The translations under genes and the position numbers were made by a program. Of a DNA stretch of 64,000 nucleotides, positions 15,001 through 27,000 are shown piece by piece. The first letter of the stretch is position 1. Each line of letters begins with the position of its first letter. Under the pieces are notes generated by a model that worked only from the letters and a program-made list of their open reading frames with translations, ran no database searches and had not been told where the DNA came from. The stretch is from Antedon mediterranea (Eukaryota; Animalia; Echinodermata): contig NC_092670.1 in assembly GCF_964355755.1 (NCBI RefSeq), forward strand, positions 920,201 to 984,200, given 5' to 3'.

Positions 15001-18000
15001 AGGTCATAATGCCAACGTGAACACTTCCTTTTGTCCTCAACCTATCCCCTTAATGTTAATGTTGCACCACTTGCGCGGCGCGGCGGATAACCAAACTCGT
15101 CAAAGTGACGAGTTACATGTCTAGTTCTTCTTCTTTCTTTCTGTATGATTTTTGTGTAACGCTTTTCTCTGAAACTTGCAAACATAACATTTTGTTAACT
15201 ATGTTAACATTTTGACATTTATGTAACGTCGTCAAGCGAAGCTTTTCATGATGTTTACAATTGCGCAACGTGACGTACGCGCGATTTAACGATTTTCTCG
15301 TATTTAACATATGTCGAAAACCAAATAACATTTCAACTTGAAACTTTGCAAAAGTTTAATTTATATCATGCGCTAACTTTCTGTTGAAAAAAAATTGCGT
15401 GTTTTACACAAAGTTACGCGCGCACGCGCATTTAAAATTTCAAAATGCGCGAAATTAATTTATAATCAACTTTCTACGCGTTTCATGTCGTTTTAAGCAT
15501 GTCAAAAATTCCCACGCGTGCGCACCTTTTTACGTGTGCGGTGCGCACGTAGCATTGAAAACGTATTTTTTTCGCGTGATTTATGTTTTTCCAGCCTTTT
15601 CATGTAATTTTACCAAATTTTTAACAATTTCGACTTAAAGATACGTCATACGAGCACGTCGAATTGGACAATTTGCGCGCGTTTTTTATGAAAAGGTTAA
15701 AAAATTCGTTTAAAATATGCCTTTTTTTAAACAGTCGTAATTTCTAAACTAGACGGTCAAATTTTTGTGGATGACATATTCTGGAATTAGATGAGTTTTA
15801 GATATCGGATCAGGTATTAATATGGCTAACCGGACATTGTGACGTCATCGTATGGCCACGCGAATATAAAATTTAGGATTTTTGTATCTTTCGTCATAGC
15901 TCATCACATTGAATAGAGCGCATCTCCACTTATCCGTTTTCCATTTTCACCCCGATTTTGATATTGTCTAGGTCAATCAACTATCTTTCGCATGAGTTAA
16001 AAATATTTTAATTTTTTTGACGTCATCATGCCTAAAAATTTAAATCACGTGTGGCATCAATTTCATCTTTACAGTAAATTTTAATCTGTTATAGCTCGTA
16101 AGAATAAAATGTGATAATCACGATTAAAACTTTTTCTGGAAGCTATTGGATTGTAGATACGAAATTATGTAAAAATGTTGCCAATCGGATGTTGTGACGT
16201 CATCATATGGCCAGTTAAATAAAAAAGGTCGTATTTTCATCTTTTGCGTCATAATTCATTACATTTAAAAGAGCGCGCATCAATATTTCACGTATTCAAA
16301 TTTCTTCTACACGCTAATACGTTGTTGCTGAGATAATTACCTTTCGGAATTTCTACCTTCGCGTTTCATTTTAAAACCGTCAACATGTTAAAAATTGCAA
16401 TAAATAGCGGGTCCCGTAATTTCACCTATTCTACACTGTATGTGATATGGATACAGATTATACTGTGTATACTATATATGAATTTAAATAATAAAATTCA
16501 GCAATAACAACATATCATATTCTTCAGTTCAGGTCATAATGCCAACGTGAACACTTCTTTTTGTCCTCAACCTATCCCCTTTATTTTAATGTTGCACCAC
16601 TTGCGCGGCGGATAACCAAACTCGTCAAAGTGACGAGTTACATGTCTAGTTCTTCTTTCTTTCTGTATGATTTTTGTGTAACGCTTTTCTCCAAAACTCG
16701 CAAACATAACATTTTGGTAACTATCTTAACATATTGACATTTACGTAACGTCGTCAAGCGAAGCTTTTCATGACGTTTACAATTGCGCAACGTGACTTAC
16801 GCGCGATTTAACGATTTTGTCGTATTTAACATAGCTCAACAACAAAATAACATTTCAACTTGAAACTTTGCAAAAGTTTAATTTATATCATGCGCTAACT
16901 TTCTGTTGAAAAAAAATTGCGTGTTATACACAAAGTTACGGGTGCACGCGCATTTAAAATTTCAAAATGCGCAAAATTAATTTATAATCAACTTTCTACG
17001 CGTTTCATGTCGTTTTAAGCATGTCAAAAATTCCCACGCGTGCGCACATTTTTACGTGTGCGGTGCGCACGTAGAATTGAAAACGTAATTTTTTCGCGTG
17101 ATTTATGTTTTTTCAGCCTTTTCTAGTAATTTTACCAAATTTTAAACAATTTTGACTTAAAGATACGTCATACGAGCACGTCGAATTGGCCAATTTGCGC
17201 GCGTTTTTTATGAAAAGGTTAAAAAATTCGTTTAAAATATGACTTTTTTTAAACAGTCGTAATTTCTAAACTAGACGGTCAAATTTTTGTGGATGACATT
17301 TTCTAGAATTAGATGAGTTGTAGATATCGGATCAGGTATTAATATGGCTAACCGGACATTGTGACGTCATCGTATGGCCACGCGAATATAAAATTTAGGA
17401 TTTTTGTATCTTTCGTCATAGCTCATCACATTGAATAGAGCGCATCTCCACTTATCCGTTTTCCATTTTCACCCCGATTTTGATATTGTCTAGGTCAATC
17501 AACTATCTTTCGCATGAGTTAAAAATATTTTAATTTTTTTGACGTCATCATGCCTAAAAATTTAAATCACGTGTGGCATCAATTTCATCTTTACAGTAAA
17601 TTTTAATCTGTTATAGCTCGTAAGAATAAAATTTGATAATCACGATTAAAACTTTTTCTGGAAGCTATTGGATTGTAGATACGAAATTATGTAAAAATGT
17701 TGCCAATCGGATGTTGTGACGTCATCATATGGCCAGTTAAATAAAAAAGGTCGTATTTTCATCTTTTGCGTCATAATTCATTACATTTAAAAGAGCGCGC
17801 ATCAATTTTTCACGTATTCAAATTTCTTCTACACGCTAATACGTTGTTGCTGAGATAATTTCCTTTCGGAATTGCTACCTTCCCGTTTCATTTTAAAACC
17901 GTCAACATGTTAAAAATTGCAATAAATAGCGGGTCCCGTAAGTTCACATATTCTACACTGTATGTGATATGGATACAGATTATACTGTGTATACTATATA

Positions 18001-19699
18001 TGAATTTAAATAATAAAATTCAGCAATAACAACAGATCATATTCTTCAGTTCAGGTCATAATGCCAACGTGAACACTTCCTTTTGTCCTCAACCTATCCC
18101 CTTAATGTTAATGTTGCACCACTTGCGCGGCGGATAACCAAACTCGTCAAAGTGACGAGTTACATGTCTAGTTATTCTTCTTCTTTCTTTCTGTATGATT
18201 TTTGTGTAACGCTTTTCTCCAAAACTCGCAAACATAACATTTCGGTAACTATCTTAACATATTGACATTTACGTAACGTCGTCAAGCGAAGCTTTTCATG
18301 ACGTTTACAATTGCGCAACGTGACTTACGCGCGATTTAACGGTTTTGTCGTATTTAACATAGGTCGACAACCAAATAACATTTCAACTTGAAACTTTGCA
18401 AAAGTTTAATTTATATCATGCGCTAACTTTCTGTTGAAAAAAAATTGCGTGTTTTACACAAAGTTACGCGCGCACGCGCATTTAAAATTTCAAAATGCGC
18501 AAAATTAATTTATAATCAACTTTCTACGCGTTTCATGTCGTTTTAAGCATGTCAAAAATTCCCACGCGTGCGCACATTTTTACGTGTGCGGTGCGCACGT
18601 AGCATTGAAAACGTATTTTTTTCGCGTGATTTATGTTTTTCCAGCCTTTTCTAGTAATTTTACCAAATTTTAAACAATTTCGACTTAAAGATACGTCATA
18701 CGAGCACGTCGAATTGGACAATTTGCGCGCGTTTTTTATGAAAAGGTTAAAAAATTCGTTTAAAATATGCCATTTTTAAAACAGTCGTAATTTCTAAACT
18801 AGACGGTCAAATTTTTGTGGATGACATATTCTAGAAGTAGATGAGTTGTAGATATCGGATCAGGTATTAATATGACTAACCGGACATTATGACGTCATCG
18901 TATGGTCACGCGAATATAAAATTTAGGATTTTTGTATCTTTCGTCATAGCTCATCACATTGAATAGAGCGCATCTCCACTTATCCGTTTTCCATTTTCAC
19001 CCCGATTTTGATATTGTGTAGGTCAATCAACTATCTTTCGCATGAGTTAAAAATATTTTAATTTTTTTGACGTCATCATGCCTAAAAATTTAAATCACGT
19101 GTGGCATCAATTTCATCTTTACAGTAAATTTTAATCTGTTATAGCTCGTAAGAATAAAATGTGATAATCACGATTAAAACTTTTACTGGAAGCTATTGGA
19201 TTGTAGATACGAAATTATGTAAAAGTGTTGCCAATCGGATGTTGTGACGTCATCATATGGCCAGTTAAATAAAAAAGGTCGTATTTTCATCTTTTGCGTC
19301 ATAATTCATTACATTTAAAAGAGCGCGCATCAATATTTCACGTATTCAAATTTCTTCTACACGCTAATACGTTGTTGCTGAGATAATTTTCTTTCGGAAT
19401 TGCTAACTTCGCGTTTCATTTTAAAACCGTCAACATGTTAAAAATTGCAATAAATAGCGGGTCCAGTAATTTCACCTATTCTACACTGTATGTGATATGG
19501 ATACAGATTATACTGTGTATACTATATATGAATTTAAATAATAAAATTCAGCAATAACAACATATCATATTCTTCAGTTCAGGTCATAATGCCAACGTGA
19601 ACACTTCCTTTTGTCCTCAACCTATCCCTTTAATGTTAATGTTGCACCACTTGCGCGGCGGATAACCAAACTCGTCAAAGTGACGAGTTACATGTCTAG
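1..19699 (+). mobile_element. Nested cluster of ~1.55-1.6 kb non-autonomous Helitron2/Helentron-like (HINE/DINE-1-type) elements; continues beyond the left edge of the window
   Basis: 13 near-identical bodies end in subTIR GCGGATAACC + hairpin CTCGTCA-AAG-TGACGAG + TTACATGTCTAG (last G at 1256, 2792, 4335, 5931, 6964, 8731, 10255, 11916, 13443, 15124, 16649, 18171, 19699). 8 heads TTGGTTATCCGC-AACGAAGTT-GCAGGATAACC...(CAT)n start near 4347 (divergent variant), 6973, 7040, 7122, 10256, 10335, 13444, 13523. No TSD, no RepHel ORF. The subTIR + 5' inverted repeat + microsatellite + 3' stem-loop layout matches the HINE/DINE-1 architecture. Confidence 0.85.
4347..5931 (+). mobile_element. Complete divergent subfamily copy of the HINE-like element, inserted in the linker of another copy
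   Basis: Head TTAGTTATCCGC-ATTCA-GCGGATAACT, 3' subTIR GCGGATAACT, same hairpin and CTAG end; body alignable to but clearly diverged from the neighbouring copies. Confidence 0.85.
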
Positions 19700-20423
19700 T
19701 TAATTTTACTATTTTACTGATCAGTAGGCCTAGTGGCAACACACTTATTAAGGGTGCTGTCAACTAATAAACTAGACATACAATTAAAACGTTATAAACC
19801 ACATTTAACCACAACACACCAAAAAGAAATATATATCATGTACACTCAGCGATACATACATAGACATGTTATTTTTTAGTAGATGTAATTAGGGTACATC
19901 ATAATATATTTTACATATTTAATTTTGAAATGATGTACAGTCGTTATTTTAGTAATGATGGCATTTAAATTATATAAACAATTGAATTGATAAAAATAAC
20001 ATGACCATTTGTTTTGCAAATTGAATGTATCGTGTACATAGATATTTTAATTTAAAATCAAAATGAAATTACTGAAATGAAAATGTTGTGGGTAGGCCCA
20101 TCAGATATTTAATTAAAATAAATAAATGGTAATTTGAAGAAAAACAAAGTTTTAAATTAAAAGGAGACGGAATCTCCCAGAGCCATAATATAAAAAAAAA
20201 GCAATTCCGCCCTCTATGTGAGCTAGCTAAATGACTGGAGAAAAGGCGACAGAGAAGCGGCGGCGGAACACTCGTTGGCGGTCTAGGCCTCCTACAGTAG
20301 GCACAATATACTTGAATTATGCTACCTAAATTTCCACTTTATCAGTGAAGATTGTCAATTTGGATTCAGCCAGTTCGAAATATAATAGTTGAACTGTGCT
20401 CAGATCGTCATAAATACTTACAG

Positions 20424-22745
20424 ATGGCTTTTGACGGTAAGATAATGACAATCATTGGGAGTAATTATAATTCTAAAATAGTTTATTTAAGACTGACTGA
20501 ATAAAAAGGGGATTTCCCATCTCCAATGACCGGCATATAGCACGTACAGAGTACAGTGCTACATAATACTAGAATAGGTGGAACAATACATAATTTCATT
20601 TTAGGCCTACACTGTAGCAGAAGGAATTGGATTTAGCTATTTCCTAGATGTCTGCATTTTATGAGTCATATTAAGGCTATATCATGTTTTATATTAATTC
20701 AGCCAATTATTTTTTATAAGGAATGTTGATTAAAAATAAATTATAAATAAAAAAAAAAAAAAACCAAAATGTTCACTGTAGCTTGCTAGACCTAGTTAGT
20801 AATATACCAGGGAGTTTTATTTGACAACTCCCTGGTATTACTACTCAAGTAGTAAGAAAAAGGAAATAAACTTAAACTAGGTCATGGGAACTTTAAAAAG
20901 GGATCTTTTTTGGTTACACAGGTTATTATGATTTTTACATAACAAGCGATGACTATGATTGGGAGACCAGAATACTGCGGAAATTAGAAGCAAAGGGTCT
21001 CCGTGGTTACCACAGAAACACTTTTACCCTTGGAAGTTTGAAATCTAGTAGCAGACTCAATGGGATCAAGAACAGTAAAGTCACCATAATTGGTTTCGTA
21101 CCACTATCAAAAACAAAATCAAGCGTTGACAAATATCTCGCTAGTTTGTCGTTTGAATTTAAAGGAGAGTTGATATGCGTGCAGATAACAGAAGATTCTG
21201 TAATTCCTGACGAGTATGCAGGTCTTGTACATTACCATGGTTCTGATGAGGAAGGCCTCTGTTGTCGAATTGAAGAAGTTATAAAGAGTCTTCCTTCAGG
21301 TTGGTCCATTAAGAATATATATTTTTTGAAAAAAAAATTGGCAAAGCTTCATAAATTATTTTTCTTTTTGACCTTATGTTTTCAAGTTTCTTTGAGAATC
21401 CGTTCATCTTTGAATGCATTGTAAATATGTATATATTGGTATGAAATTATTGAATTCGAAAATGTTATCTTCTGAACTCTTTGGCTAATAATGTTGATTT
21501 TTTTACATCTTTTTAAGGAGGAGACAATTTTTCAATGGAAACTGGTATGTACTATTCATTACAGTATAATATGAACTATTCATTTAGTACACATGACATG
21601 CCTCTCGACTCCATACACAGCTGTTGAGTAATTCTGCAAATGCTCATATAATATTCTAAGCTGCATGTCAGTTAAGTGGCACAAAATGAAAGGGGACCAC
21701 CATGTGAAGACTAATATGATCTTCCCATCTCTATTTAAACATAGTTTGCCATTTATATAAATATTACTCAAAATGTTGCTGTATTGAGCTGTATTTTCAC
21801 AGATTAGTGATACAATAAAGTGATAAAATTACATTGTATAAATACCTGTATGTGATTATATCTAAACATTGTCTTAGGGGATGTCGTTGATTCAAGTCGT
21901 CCACAACCATTAGGTAAGACTACTGTTTAAAATGTACATGTGTTATGAATCATCATCAAAGGCCGCAGCCACAGTGCAGCACACTGGGAGCAGATGCCCA
22001 TCTTTTTTTAATGTGTGCCATGTGCATTGTATGTACACATAGGCTTTACAAAGACAAGAGTAAAGCGTCATGTTTTAAAGATAGAAGCAATGTGGCCGGC
22101 ACAGCTCTTTCTTTATCCCTTTCACGTGCTAATCCCTTTCACGTGCTAATCCCTTACCATTATGTCATATTATGTAAAAAAATTCTTTATATCAAACCAA
22201 TGGTAACAAATTCCTTTCACAAATAACTTCTTCAGAAGAAATTGTTTGAGAAAGGAACAACTAAACCATCAAGAAAGTATTTACCACCTATTTTTGTATT
22301 TTTTACAATTGGTTTGATATAAAGAATTGTATACAAGTTGTTTACAAACCGGATGAACATTTACAGTCATTATCGCTCTCACTCACAATAATATGAAATT
22401 CCAAAATCTTGGCTCCTCCTTCTATTTTTGGCAATAGCTTATGTATATTGTTTTTCTGTTCTAGAAGACTTTGGACCACTCACAGACCTCCGTATTGCCG
22501 AGTTGGCAAGAGAGCTTGGTAATGATTGGTCCATGTTGGCAACGTATTTAGGGATTTCACTCGCTCAACAACAAGATTTACGGCGTGATCATCAAATCTG
22601 TAGTCGGGAACGCAATCAAGAAATGTTGGTTTTATGGCGCAAGAGAGATTCATGCTCTCCATCAGAGAAACTACGTACTCTAATGACTGCATTGGAAAAA
22701 AGTGATAGAACAGATTTAAAAGACATTGTTAGTCTATGGCAATGA
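20424..22745 (+). CDS. TIR-like domain + C-terminal DEATH domain protein, 244 aa, 5 exons
   Basis: Exons 20424-20436, 20922-21299, 21518-21544, 21878-21913, 22465-22745; all introns GT-AG and phase 1; total 735 nt. N-terminus MAFDGYYDFYITSDDYDWETRILRKLEAKGLRGYHRNTFTLG...IKNSKVTIIGF resembles TIR box1/BB-loop. The last exon LTDLRIAELARELGNDWSMLATYLGIS...QEMLVLWRKR...LMTALEKSDRTDL is a typical death domain. Confidence 0.8.
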
Positions 22746-24022
22746 TGGAACAAAGTGGAAGAACGGATTTAAAAGACATGGTTAGTCTATGGCAATGAAA
22801 GCTATGAATCAACAACATTAAAAAACCATAATCACTTTTTATACCATACCTACCTGAATGTCTGGACTATAACTGGAGGTCTCCTTTATAAATAAGAAGA
22901 GCAGTACCCTATAATGTCTTGACTCATTTTAATTGAGGTTGAGGTTAGGACTACTTATGTTATAGTATACTGTATTTATGACATTTTAATATGAATACCA
23001 GTATGGCTATATGATTCAGCAACCAATAATTGACTAGATAACAAGTGTAGGTTATAATGGCACATGTTTCCTACCAATGCTTAGTGGTATTCACTAATAA
23101 CTAAGGAGAACAATTTTTTGTACACTTTAAGTGTGAGCGCCTACCACTTCAGGAAAATCCTTTAATTAAATTGGTTTAAAACAGGAATGCAGTTTCTCAC
23201 TTTTGGTGTCATTTGGTCCATGATTGGTGTCATTCTCTATGGACCTAATAGGTCCATGATTGGTGTCATCCACAACGTTCAGATTGTCTAAATTCCATCC
23301 AGTTTTTTTTGTGTTACCATTTTCAAAGATATGAAGCTGGTAACTCATATTTAATTTTAAAGACCTGCTTGTGGACATCGGGGACCACCTACTAATTAAT
23401 TTTAAATCTTTTAAACATAGTATTAAGAAAAATATACTGAAATTTAATTAATTAATTTGAAACGATAAGATGAGGAAATCTGCGAGAATGAGAAAATATT
23501 TTTTATGCAATTTTAATCCTTTTTAAATATTTTAAAAATATTTAATTACTTGTTTGTATTCCTTTGTGGAGATTTTCTCAACTGTTATTTTTGTTATAAC
23601 ATTTAGGTAATTTAATAATAATAATAATAATAAATGAAAACTTATATAGCGCCGGTATCCTCCACCCATGTGGCGCTCATTGATTTACATTTGTTATGTA
23701 TGTATGTATGTTTGTTTTTGTTTTCTATATAGCGAAATAAATGAATATGAAATATATCATATCCAATGTATGTAAAGGTTTAATCAGATTTCAATTTAAC
23801 ATGATAAAGATACTTTAATTAATGTTGAGGTATCCTTACTTGTAAATTTCAAGATACTTACTTAGATATAGTCAGTATAGTATTTTGTAATATTACTGTG
23901 ACTTGTTTACTACATATTAAATGTAACCATTCTTAGTATGTCATCTAAATAAATGATAAATTGAGTAGATACTTGTGTTGTTTATAGATTTCATTACAAA
24001 TAATTTACTATAAAATATCAAG

Positions 24023-27000
24023 TTAGTTTGTGGCAGACTTTCTTTGTTTTTTTCCTTGAGATTTTCTCAATTTTTCTTTGTTTTGTTTTTGGTCTTCTTT
24101 CATCTTCTTTACAAGTGTTTGTAGCTAGAAAAGGAAATCAATGACGAAAAAATAATTTAAAAATAAAATCAACTATAATAATAATAATATTTATATACTG
24201 TAGCGCCCTTTTCATTTTTCCTTTTTATTTACTGAACTTAAACATTTTATAATTGAAAAAATTTTGAATTGAAAAAATATATTTTATATTTGATGTTGAA
24301 ATTTGTGCGTTTTATTGTAAGATGATGTAATCCATCTCCTTCTTTGTTAATTGCCCCATGAGAGATGAATAAAGATATATACTCATACTGATAGCATTTT
24401 AAGATATAGATAATCTATGTGTACATTACACACACTTACCGACTTCCTGGACTTTTTCTTAACAAGTTCTTTATCAGTTGTGTCCATCTCATTGTCTCTG
24501 TCGCTCCAATTATGCGTCATTTCATCCCATTCAAAATCAACTGGAGATGTTTCTTCTAAACGGTTATTATTATGATTGTTTTTCACCTCTGGATTCGAGT
24601 CCTTTGTTGACAAGTATTTACCATTTGTTTGAGATAATCTATTAGACTTCTTTAATTTCTTTTGTGATTTATCTTTAATGTCCGTTTCAGAAGCCGATCT
24701 CTTTTGAACAGGAATTTCTGTTTCAGATGGAGTTACCTTTTCTATAGTTGTTTCAGCAACATTTTCTTTCTCTATAATATTTTCTGATATGCCTTGGATT
24801 GGTTTGACAGAAGTTGACGGAATATCTTGTACTTGCGTAGATGTGGAAGGAACACTTATTTTATTCCGTAAAGAAAATTGCTCAGCATCAATGTAATAAC
24901 TTTCTTCTGCGTTAATTTCTCTTTTTTCATCCGCATTTCTATAGAAATAAACATTTATTTAAAAAAAAATTTAATAAAAATAATTTATTTGGAAGCTACA
25001 CTCTTAAAACAGTGACACACTTCTTGAATGAAGGTGCGTCTAGAGTAATACAAATAAAAGAAAAGTGATTTAACGATAGGTCTATTTACAAGAAAACTAA
25101 ATTATTTACAAAATATAATACAGGGTTAAAAACAAATATTACTTTCCCTTCTATTTTTCCACAAATAAAGAAATTCAATATTAGGTGTGCACTTTACCCT
25201 TCCCTCATACAGACACCCAATCATTTCTTAGTAAACATTATTTATCATTTATTTATTCAACTCACTGTATAGAGGGTGCTGTTACTGTTCGTAATCTATG
25301 CCAAGTGTACTCAACAAACATCGATTGCTCCATTAAACGATTCATTCGTGAGAAATGTCTCTCTAAAACAAAATTGAAATCATGGTAAAATCATTTTTCT
25401 AGGTTTCCGAATCAAATAATTAATATTCAAAATGGGTATAATATTCTTTCAATATTAATAAAGTGATATAATTGTTGAATATTGCTATAGTTAACGTACG
25501 AGTGTAAGGTAACAAGCCTTCAAGACTCTCTGTAATGTTGACACACTCCAAAAGCTGGGCCTGTGAAAACTGACTGAGCACCGTGTTCACTACAGCTTGG
25601 GCTACATGACAGTGCTTAGAGTTGGTGTTCCACTGAACGGCAAACTTCAGTAATGCATCTAAAGAAAAACAATTGAAAGTTAAGCACTGTTTACACTATC
25701 AAACTAGTGCCCAAATATGGTAGTAATATGATGTCATCGTGTCCATATGAGCACATCACATTTTTGTTGTCACATACAGTTTGGTAGTGTAGACAATAGA
25801 AATCACAATGTAATGCTATATTTAGAACTTGATGGATGGATTCAATAAAAATGGAAACAGAGATTATGCACTTAATTACCTGTATGGTATTTATAATATA
25901 AGAAAGGAAAGGTTTTGATAGATCTATTTCAAAATATTATGTTAGTCTTACCTATTTGATCAAGTCTGAGTTTTGCAATAATATTTGCAAGACATGCTTT
26001 GCCATCGGATTCATTTAACATCCCTGCAGAAATAAATAAATTTATCAGTGTTTGTGATCAAAGCAATAAAGCTTACTTAGACTGTCTCACTCAATATTTC
26101 AATCTTTTTCTTATAATTATATCATGTTAAGAAATAAAAGATGGCAGACGACTAATGTTTCAAACAAGTGCATGCATGTTAATGTTTTAATGTTTGTATC
26201 GCACACAAAAATGATCAAAATGACGGCAACCAAAACTACGTAATTAAGTCCATTAAATACCTTTTAAAATATTAAGAAGTCTAAATGGTTGTTCCAACGT
26301 TAGAGCCAACCCGATTGCTTTCTTGAAATTTTTACCAATAATCATGTTTGATAGTTGCTGTAGTCTGCGAAAAAAACAAATACAACAATATATTAAATTG
26401 TTTAGCATTCTACAAAATTCTATCATAGAAGAAAATATGTTTAAAAAAAAGTTACCTAATGTTTAATTCATACTTCAACACATCAATGATCCATGTACTA
26501 ACTAAAATTGTAATAAAATTGAGCTTTAAAAATAAAAACAGAGTGTCTCACTTGATAACTTGATCCTCTTCTTTTGATTGGTTCTCTTCCCATTCCCTTT
26601 CTGTTACATCCTACGCACAAACAGTTTAAAATATTATTTAATAACAATAATAATATATCCTGGATTTATATACGCTGAACATTATTACCCCAGACATTTG
26701 TTTTTGGATCAAACACATATGGAAACATACTCCCATCAAATGCAGCTAGTAATCAGCGCAAAGCTGTGTCTTTATCTAACCGGGTACCCATTTATACATT
26801 TGGTTGGAGAGAGGCAAACATAATTAAAGTATCTTGCCTAGGATACAAGCAACGTGACGAGAGTTGGATTCAAACCACGATCAGTAGTCCAACTTCCAAC
26901 ACACTGCACCACATGCCCTTATTTATATTGGTTTATACAAGTCTATAAAATCACTAGCAACATCGGTGAAAATGTCACCCAATTTGATGTAAATACATTC

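Noticed and set aside
1253-18721. Recurrent 60-87 aa ORFs (MLFGFRHML..., MSNSTCSYDV..., MSSTYPLNV...)
   Set aside because: They recur only because the element is repeated; they have non-ATG starts, are broken in several copies and show no HUH/helicase or other domain motifs.
1-19699. Ordinary satellite, rDNA/5S or histone-gene tandem array
   Set aside because: No rRNA, snRNA or histone similarity is visible; the junctions vary and resolve as nested insertions.
23166-23378. 70-aa minus-strand ORF with a repeated DTNHGP motif
   Set aside because: It arises from a short local duplication downstream of the TIR-DEATH stop; no splice or domain support.
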